Virus record (IMG/VR): IMGVR_UViG_3300042894_003945
Span: 64,001-128,000 of that record
Strand: one strand, 5' to 3'
Origin: a virus
DNA: 64,000 nt
Of the stretch, positions 57,145 to 64,000 are shown piece after piece. Each line of letters begins with the position of its first letter. The stretch's first letter is position 1. The notes under the pieces are model-generated. The model was not told where the DNA came from. It was given only the letters and a program-made list of their open reading frames with translations, and did not search any database. The position numbers and the translations under genes are program-made.

Positions 57145-58244
57145 TATTCAGTTACTTTAAAAAAGTATTGATCATCAAAAATTAATGTAGAACCGCTTAT
57201 TATTGTTTTAATAAGAATTTTATAATACCTCTCAGGCTCTAATCCATACATGTATACATCAAAATAATTACCTTGTAAATCTGCACTTATTTTAGTAAAA
57301 TTATTATCAAAATCAACTACTGTAACGTCACCTTTTACATCTTTTATTGAATAATAAGAACTTGAAGGTATATATTTTTGTGTATTATATATTGAAGAGG
57401 TAGCATAAGTTCTAACTGGAAACTGATCTCTTACGTTCAATCGGAACCTATGTACTTCGTATTGATTAAACTCTCCCTTATTATTAGCTAAAGAAACTCT
57501 AATATCTTGAGAAGAAACTCCTGTTATATTAGATCCTGATATTAAGTATCTAGAATCATCCCATTTAAATTCTAATACAGGGGGGTATATAGTGTTTGTA
57601 TCTCTTCCAAAATAACAAAGCTTAAATACGTAATTAGGATCAAACTCTAAAGATCCTGATAATTTTAAAATGAATCCTTGATTACTTATAGAAGATGATA
57701 GCATAGCTCTAACAGCAGGAGATACGTCTACGTTTATATCTTTATTTACATACACTCCAAAAGACTGTAAAAACTCGTACCCCGTGTACCAAGTACCTCC
57801 CCCCTTATTTGGTGGAGTGAATGAAGCAGTGACTCCTGGGGAAAAGCTTGAGGTTCGCCATGCAGAGGACCCGCTTGGTCCCATAAATTTCCAACTGGCC
57901 CCATCTGTTGGAATAGGAGAATCTCCAAACTTGCCAGTTCCCATATCCCAAGATCCGGAAATTGCAAAAACTTGAACTGTAAAATCAGAGGGAAGTCCAG
58001 TAGCATCTGCTAAATATATTTTTAAACTACTACTAAAGGACGCTGTTCTAATATAGTTAGTAATTACATCAGACATATCTGTGTCTGAAAACTTTATCAA
58101 AGACCTTGCTGCACTGGATTGTGTTTCGTAGAGGAGGCTATTATTCTTAGTCATCTCTAATATTGGATCTAAACCAGTATTGAGTGTCTGATAGTCAGAG
58201 TATAATGTTGTGTCTTTCTCAGCGAATATTTTATATACTGCCAT
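57144..58244 (-). CDS. Virion structural protein (baseplate cluster)
   Basis: IFAEKDTTLYS...NTG...RSLIKF...W..GTG...NQGFILK...PVLEFKWDD (DNRLRE/CBM-like pattern). Confidence 0.55.
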   Translation of the reverse strand: MAVYKIFAEKDTTLYSDYQTLNTGLDPILEMTKNNSLLYETQSSAARSLIKFSDTDMSDVITNYIRTASFSSSLKIYLADATGLPSDFTVQVFAISGSWDMGTGKFGDSPIPTDGASWKFMGPSGSSAWRTSSFSPGVTASFTPPNKGGGTWYTGYEFLQSFGVYVNKDINVDVSPAVRAMLSSSISNQGFILKLSGSLEFDPNYVFKLCYFGRDTNTIYPPVLEFKWDDSRYLISGSNITGVSSQDIRVSLANNKGEFNQYEVHRFRLNVRDQFPVRTYATSSIYNTQKYIPSSSYYSIKDVKGDVTVVDFDNNFTKISADLQGNYFDVYMYGLEPERYYKILIKTIISGSTLIFDDQYFFKVTE

Positions 58245-58254
58245 TTTTTATTTC

Positions 58255-60150
58255 TTAATAAGTTAATACTCTTCCGTATATGTCTGAATTAGGGTATCTA
58301 ACTTCGAATATAGATGGGTCTAAACTTGGGTATATTATATTATTTTTAGTTGCTCCTTTAATATCGTACCCGTATTGAGAATATCCATTAGCTACTCCAT
58401 ACTTATTTACCACTTCTATTTTTACAACACTCTGAACGCCTTTTATATTTCCACAACTTAGTACGTTATACAAGTCTGATAAAAGTATAGGCTGATTTAT
58501 TTGCCACTTATCTATGTTAAAATAGTCCCTTAAAGAACTTAAACAATCATTTAAAACTTCTCTGCTATTATAGGCAGGTAATACTATAATATCAAAATTT
58601 ATACCTATGTTAATATAGTAAGCATTTTTAATATTTATAGCATCTGTTAATATCTTATATTGAGATATGTAAGTCTTTAGGTTTTCTTTTACTGCTGGAG
58701 ATGCTTCTGTTAATCTTTTATTAGCATCGTAAGAAAGTACATACATACTCAACTCTAAAGGATTGTCTTCTATAAAATCGGTTGCACTGTCTATTTCTTT
58801 TAAGGATAAGTCCTGTGTTACATAAGCTTTTGATATGCTACCATATTTAGGAGGCAGACTTAGAGCTCTTATTATATGATCCTCTTTTGTTACGTTTCTT
58901 AACTGTGTAGGGAATGATGCTATAGTTCTCTGTCTTATATCTTCTACACTATCTCCTTCACCTCCTCCAGAAGAAGGCAACTCATTGTTAAAAGACAAAG
59001 TCCTTCGTATATAGGAAAGCAATCCTTGATTTAAACTTGTAGGATTTAAAGACACAGGAGTAGAGGTAACCTCATATATCTGGGAAATATCATTAGACGG
59101 GACGTTTGTTTGTGCCCCTCCTCCTATCATATATCTTACTGTTAATGTTGTGTTACTCGGTGCTAATCCATATTCTTTAGTGTAGATAAAGTTAGATGGA
59201 TCATAAGCTGTAAACATCCTATCTACAGAAGTTGGATTTCCTATACCCACATTATTAGGGTTTGGTATAATAGTAGAATCATTAGAGCTTACTATTCCTG
59301 ATCCAAATTCTAATACTAATTCATTTTTTTCATTATATCTAGATACAAATCTTCTATTTACTGTTATAAGTTTTAGTAAATAAGGTGCTGAATTATTATA
59401 TTGAGATAGTGTTGGATCATTAGCTGCATTATTTAAAACATCTTGAAATATAGTATTTTGAGCTAAGTAGGGAACTTCATACCATTTATTACCATCACTA
59501 TCTATTACGTCAAGTATCTGAATTATATTTGTATCTGGTAAAGTTACTGTGTCAAATTTTACAGCTTGTCCAAAAGTAAAATCTTGAGATTTTATAGTAC
59601 CTGCTATAGCTTTTACTTTCTTCTTTAATAGGTAATATTCAGGCTGATTAGTGGTATTGTTTATTTGAAAAACGCTTACTTCTGTAGGATCTGCTGATGA
59701 TGAGAAGCTAAAATCTACCGAATCTTGTGTTACAAAAACAGTATCAGAATTAGTAGAAGATTTTATTTTTGCTTCTTTATCAACAACTAAACAATATGAG
59801 TAGTCTGGGTTAGCTATATTAGACGCTATTATAGCAGGCACTTGTTGAAATACACTGAGTTCGGCTATAGCGGTGCTTACTACTTTAGGCCTGTAACCTA
59901 AAGAGTATGCCATGGATATTAAATTTTGTTTATCTTGGGCGTACAGGAGTAAATTTTCTTGGGTCTGTTTATCCACATAAAAAGACAGAACATCTCCAAC
60001 ATAGGATGCCATTTCAATAAACATATTTCCAGGAGTAGCCTCTGTAAAGTCGTTATAAACCTCAGGAAAATAGTTTTTGGCATACTCTATGAGAGATTCT
60101 TTAAAACTGCTAAAGTCTTTGTTAATATATTTTATGTCTCTCTGTGCCAT
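58255..60150 (-). CDS. Baseplate wedge protein (T4 gp6 / P2 gpJ-like)
   Basis: KDFSSFKESLIEYAK..FP..YNDF, YVGDVLSFY, LEFGSG, GGGEGDSVEDIR and RNVTKEDH. Confidence 0.82.
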   Translation of the reverse strand: MAQRDIKYINKDFSSFKESLIEYAKNYFPEVYNDFTEATPGNMFIEMASYVGDVLSFYVDKQTQENLLLYAQDKQNLISMAYSLGYRPKVVSTAIAELSVFQQVPAIIASNIANPDYSYCLVVDKEAKIKSSTNSDTVFVTQDSVDFSFSSSADPTEVSVFQINNTTNQPEYYLLKKKVKAIAGTIKSQDFTFGQAVKFDTVTLPDTNIIQILDVIDSDGNKWYEVPYLAQNTIFQDVLNNAANDPTLSQYNNSAPYLLKLITVNRRFVSRYNEKNELVLEFGSGIVSSNDSTIIPNPNNVGIGNPTSVDRMFTAYDPSNFIYTKEYGLAPSNTTLTVRYMIGGGAQTNVPSNDISQIYEVTSTPVSLNPTSLNQGLLSYIRRTLSFNNELPSSGGGEGDSVEDIRQRTIASFPTQLRNVTKEDHIIRALSLPPKYGSISKAYVTQDLSLKEIDSATDFIEDNPLELSMYVLSYDANKRLTEASPAVKENLKTYISQYKILTDAINIKNAYYINIGINFDIIVLPAYNSREVLNDCLSSLRDYFNIDKWQINQPILLSDLYNVLSCGNIKGVQSVVKIEVVNKYGVANGYSQYGYDIKGATKNNIIYPSLDPSIFEVRYPNSDIYGRVLTY

Positions 60151-60548
60151 TAGGTTATTTGTATTAATATAGAGTCAGCATTATTATTTATCGAATAATT
60201 AAGCTTTATGTTTAAAAGATTTCTATCATAATCAGGAGAAAAGTCTAAAGCATTAACTGTTATCATAGGAAAATAAATTCCAAGATTGCTTAGTAAAATG
60301 TCTCTTGCATCCGTAAAATCAGAAAGTTGATCGAAAAGAAGCTTTCTTAAATCAGCTCCAAACTCAGGATTAAACACCCTCTCTCCTTTATTGGTAAGCA
60401 GGTAGTTTGTCAAGTTACTTTTTATCTGATCTTTTGTTGTGTAGTTAGTAGTGAATACGTTAAAATCGTTGAATGGTAATCTTATACCTATCCCCCTATT
60501 AGGGTTCCTATCGGAAGCAGTCGTTGTATATGTTACCCTTCTCCTCAT
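60150..60548 (-). CDS. Baseplate wedge/sheath-initiator protein (gp25-like)
   Basis: QIKSNLTNYLLTNKGERVFNPEFGADL, the GPW/gp25 signature. Confidence 0.85.
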   Translation of the reverse strand: MRRRVTYTTTASDRNPNRGIGIRLPFNDFNVFTTNYTTKDQIKSNLTNYLLTNKGERVFNPEFGADLRKLLFDQLSDFTDARDILLSNLGIYFPMITVNALDFSPDYDRNLLNIKLNYSINNNADSILIQIT

Positions 60549-60549
60549 G

Positions 60550-60930
60550 TTATCCTACTCTATTTTTAAGTTCTTTCCAAGCTATTGAGTCTTTTTTCAT
60601 GAAAGGTATAGGTGCGTCTATGTTTGGCAAAGCCCCATTTGTAGACATTTGCATTGCCGCCTCTTCAGACATTCTAGGTATCTGCGCTGGTCTTTGGAAA
60701 TCCGAACCTACTGCTTCTCTAAGCTTTGCCTTAAATTCATCAGGAGATTGTATTACTTGCTGGGTTGATACGCCCCTTCCTTCTTTTATAGACTTGGCTA
60801 AAAGCATTTTAACTTCTTTTAAGTCTTTTTTGAAAGAAGTCTCCATTTCTTCCTTAATTGCTTCTTTTACAGCAGATTTTACAGCCTCTTTCATAAGCTC
60901 CTTAAAGAGGATTAATTCATCTTGTGTCAT
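60550..60930 (-). CDS. Hypothetical protein
   Basis: FKELMKEAVKSAVKEAIKEE helical N-terminus; preceded by ATATTTATT (60934-60942). Confidence 0.6.
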   Translation of the reverse strand: MTQDELILFKELMKEAVKSAVKEAIKEEMETSFKKDLKEVKMLLAKSIKEGRGVSTQQVIQSPDEFKAKLREAVGSDFQRPAQIPRMSEEAAMQMSTNGALPNIDAPIPFMKKDSIAWKELKNRVG

Positions 60931-60955
60931 ATTAATAAATATTTAAGTGGGGAAT

Positions 60956-61930
60956 TTATGTTTGGTTTAAAATAGCCTTTATCTCATCTAATAATTGTTC
61001 TGAGGTAGAAAAGTAACTGGGAGCCGTTTGTGCCTTTATCATTCCGGAACTTTTATCGTAAGCACGTCCTATTATTTGCTTACTATCGTATTTTTCTACC
61101 TTAAGTATATACTGGTTTAGGTTTTGGTCGGTAAAATCCTCGGAATCCGTTTTTTCTCCTGGGACTCCAAATAGTTCGTCAGCAAGCATTTCCTCTGCTG
61201 TATTTTCATCTATGAAGCTGCCTTTGTTGGCTTCGTCATCTATTTTTATGGAAACTTGTAAATTTCTGAATCTTTCTATTAGCCTAGTTACAACTTCTTT
61301 ATTTTGGGCTAATTCCCTACCTATTACCTTTAGATACTCTTTTACTATTTCTTTTAAAAATATAAGTTTTATCCCTTTTTTTAAAACCACAAAAATAGGT
61401 CCGCTAACAGGGTTGGCAGATAATATTAATTCTTGAACGTCTAATATTGTCTTAAAAGTTTCTATTGCGTCTCTTATTGTTGATAAAGAGCTTATAGTGG
61501 TTCTAAGAATGGTCAGAGTGTTTTGTATTGATGCTATTTTTGTTTCTACAGACGCCTTTATCTCTGTTGCTTTTTGAAGATCAGCTCTAGTTACAGTTAT
61601 CACTAAGGTATTGCCTTGAAGGGTAACTCGGCCTTTAGAGTCTACTTTTTTAACAGAATCTTTTACTAGCTGATCTACCTTCTTTTCTACATTTAGAATT
61701 AATGAATTTATTTTATTTAATGTCTTTGTTATGACAAAGCCAAAAGGATCTTGAACAGCTCCGCTTACATCATCTACTATTCCCGTTACTCTATCTTGAG
61801 CTTCCTGTGCTTTTTGTCTAGCCGCATTGGCTTTTTCTCTAGCAACGTTTATAGTATCGTCTACTTTCTTAGTGGCCCCTTCTGTTATGGAGCTTACTTT
61901 AGAGTCTATATTTGAAGTGCTTAGAGCCAT
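60956..61930 (-). CDS. Hypothetical coiled-coil protein (baseplate cluster)
   Basis: 324-aa helical ORF coupled to the spike-like gene. Confidence 0.6.
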   Translation of the reverse strand: MALSTSNIDSKVSSITEGATKKVDDTINVAREKANAARQKAQEAQDRVTGIVDDVSGAVQDPFGFVITKTLNKINSLILNVEKKVDQLVKDSVKKVDSKGRVTLQGNTLVITVTRADLQKATEIKASVETKIASIQNTLTILRTTISSLSTIRDAIETFKTILDVQELILSANPVSGPIFVVLKKGIKLIFLKEIVKEYLKVIGRELAQNKEVVTRLIERFRNLQVSIKIDDEANKGSFIDENTAEEMLADELFGVPGEKTDSEDFTDQNLNQYILKVEKYDSKQIIGRAYDKSSGMIKAQTAPSYFSTSEQLLDEIKAILNQT

Positions 61931-62397
61931 TATATTGTTTTAGATATTTTAGACCTTATTGGAGAGTCCTGCTGAGTATATTTTGTTTTATAAAATCCTA
62001 GTTTACCTTTTAAAGTAGCAGCAGCAACATTTATATTTGGAATACCGGAAACCCCTACTCCTAGAGCATTAGATTTAGATAAACTAGCAGAAAAAGCATC
62101 TAAAGCGCCTATGATATCTGTTATAAAAGCTATAACAGATTCTGCTTTTGCTATAGGCTCATTAAATCCATTTTCCGGCAGTCCTAGTTGTATGCTTGGG
62201 GCATTTATTACAAACTTATTATCTTGATTTGTAGAACCTCGTAATCCTATATCAAAGTGAACAGATTCCACAGCTGATATTCCAACTGTCTTTTTGGACA
62301 ATACAAAAACAGAATCATCCTTACTGTTAAGAATTACTCTATCAGAATTAAGGATTACTGTGTCCTTCTCAAAGTTATTAAAGTCTATGAATCCCAT
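61930..62397 (-). CDS. Baseplate spike C-terminal-like protein
   Basis: VILNSDRVILNSK...VGISA...VINAPSIQLG beta-strand repeats typical of gp5/gpV spikes. Confidence 0.5.
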   Translation of the reverse strand: MGFIDFNNFEKDTVILNSDRVILNSKDDSVFVLSKKTVGISAVESVHFDIGLRGSTNQDNKFVINAPSIQLGLPENGFNEPIAKAESVIAFITDIIGALDAFSASLSKSNALGVGVSGIPNINVAAATLKGKLGFYKTKYTQQDSPIRSKISKTI

Positions 62398-62400
62398 TAT

Positions 62401-63975
62401 TTAAAAAAGAGTGTCTACAAATCTTTTAAAAGATGCCACTGTTATTTTAAGTCCTTTATTTATTAAAGGATTTGATAACCCTATTTCAACAGCTCTATCG
62501 TCACTAATCTCACTACCTAATACAAAACTATCAGGTTTTACTATCTTACCTTTACTAGCCAAAATAGGATAAAATATTCCTGCGTAAAGAGAATATCTAT
62601 CTGCATTCATAAATTGACTCTTGTTACAAGCAAAATATTTTTTCATTAATCCAACTTGATACTCATAAGAAGTTCCTAATATTTGATCTAAAGAGCTTAA
62701 TCCAATACATTTTAGGGCAGGCTTAGTAAATTGTATCAACCCCACAGCAGCAAGTGAATATCCGGGAGTTGGTACGGTTCTGTATTTTTTTCCAGGACCT
62801 TTATTATCTTTATTTTTTCTGTATAAAACCGCTTTTTCGTAAAGACCAGTACTTTCCATTCTTATAAAAGTAAGTAAGTCTTTATAATTAATATTGTATT
62901 GAGTAGCTAAATCTTTTATTAGGTTTTTAAACTTTGCATTACCTCCGGTACTGACAGTATTATTTTTTGAAACTTCTTCGTCTTTTGATATAGCGGAGGC
63001 GGTATCAACTTCTCCTGATGTTCCTAGTGCTACTGGTACTTCTTCAAAATTTAATCCTATAACCAAAAGATCTTCTCTTTCTGGCAACTGTTCTTCATCT
63101 GTTTCTACTATTGATTGCATACTAGCGGATACTGGTGTAGAAACTACTTTTTGTTCCACAGGTGTGTCTTTCTCTATAGGCTTCTGATCTTCTTGTTTTA
63201 AGGATTCTTGAGGTTGCGCTTTAGGTTGTTGATCAGTTACTACCATGTTGTTTTTATCTGGTATGGTAACAGTTGTATTGTATGAATCAAAGTTAGCAGA
63301 TGCCGGCTGAAAACTAACATTGTGCCCTGACATCATCATTAGGGTAGATCCGTCATCGTTTATACTTTCGAATCTTGCTGATGCATCTGCTGTTTTAGCT
63401 TGGTTATTGGATATAACAAATATAGGATTATTTTTTTTAGCTACCCAAGGAGTTCTAAATCCTTCCATATTAGAGCCAAATCTAATAGAATTTCCTCTCC
63501 TACCTTCTATCGTTATATCTCCGGGAGCTTTTATTAATCTTTTTATTTCACCAGATGGGTTGTACTTACCAGTAACGTACTTTTCATTTGGATTTAACTT
63601 TAAATATGACTCATCAGGAGCTGCGTTTTCTTCAGGAGCGTTAAATAATGATACAATATCAGTATAATACACTTCTGGCTTATAGTTGTCGAAGCTGTTT
63701 TGAGCTTGTTTGCTTACAAATACTTTTAAAACCACTATCTCGTTTACTAGTGGGTATCTAGTTATGTTACTGCTTATTGGTCTAGCTATTACGGGATCGG
63801 ATTCAGGATTATTAAAATTTATAAATGGCCTACACTCAATGGTTCCTATTGCCTTCCATCCTCCTAAATTAGTAAACTTCTCTTTATTGCTATCATCAAG
63901 AAGGACATAGCTTACCCTAGCCATTACTAAATCGAAAGTAGACTTCTTACTAGCAAAATCTACTGCCGCATTCAT
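62401..63975 (-). CDS. Baseplate hub/gp5-like protein with C-terminal lysozyme-like (transglycosylase) domain; N-terminus may extend beyond window
   Basis: YPLVNEIV and GDITIEGRRGNSIRFG (OB/gp5 N-domain); LLTFIRMES...AVGLIQFT (SLT-like E-S and GLxQ). The frame is open to 64000. Confidence 0.6.
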   Translation of the reverse strand: MNAAVDFASKKSTFDLVMARVSYVLLDDSNKEKFTNLGGWKAIGTIECRPFINFNNPESDPVIARPISSNITRYPLVNEIVVLKVFVSKQAQNSFDNYKPEVYYTDIVSLFNAPEENAAPDESYLKLNPNEKYVTGKYNPSGEIKRLIKAPGDITIEGRRGNSIRFGSNMEGFRTPWVAKKNNPIFVISNNQAKTADASARFESINDDGSTLMMMSGHNVSFQPASANFDSYNTTVTIPDKNNMVVTDQQPKAQPQESLKQEDQKPIEKDTPVEQKVVSTPVSASMQSIVETDEEQLPEREDLLVIGLNFEEVPVALGTSGEVDTASAISKDEEVSKNNTVSTGGNAKFKNLIKDLATQYNINYKDLLTFIRMESTGLYEKAVLYRKNKDNKGPGKKYRTVPTPGYSLAAVGLIQFTKPALKCIGLSSLDQILGTSYEYQVGLMKKYFACNKSQFMNADRYSLYAGIFYPILASKGKIVKPDSFVLGSEISDDRAVEIGLSNPLINKGLKITVASFKRFVDTLF

Positions 63976-64000
63976 TGATGACCCTAAAGAAAACGATATT

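Noticed and set aside
1-64000. Alternative genetic code (stop-codon reassignment seen in some large phages)
   Set aside because: Conserved genes are full length under code 11, and TAA, TAG and TGA all act as stops at tight gene junctions.
1-64000. tRNA/rRNA genes
   Set aside because: Intergenic gaps are short and AT-rich and no cloverleaf or rRNA-like sequence was recognised; tRNAscan-SE would confirm.

Overview
This window comes from a large, AT-rich, T4-like (myovirus-type) bacteriophage genome, and essentially all genes lie on the minus strand. It holds the head module (terminase large subunit, portal, prohead protease, scaffold, major capsid), neck and tail-completion genes, PhoH and a baseplate cluster (gp5-, gp25-, gp6-like and wedge proteins). 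It also holds a primase, a GIY-YIG protein, candidate lysis genes and a 2865-aa Gly-Ser/Thr-repeat tail fibre with an S74 chaperone domain. TAnnTTTG/TTTG promoters and SD-less A-rich translation starts point to a Bacteroidota host. The most striking element is a glycan-building cassette interleaved with mucin-like Thr-Pro-rich proteins. It comprises a GT60-type polypeptide GlcNAc transferase, GT4, GT11, GT25, DxD GT-A proteins, methyltransferases and UDP-galactopyranose mutase. Part of the cassette appears to have been inserted into, and to have split, a baseplate gene, which suggests a phage-encoded mucin-type O-glycosylation system for virion decoration. All family assignments are from motif recognition by eye; no searches were run.
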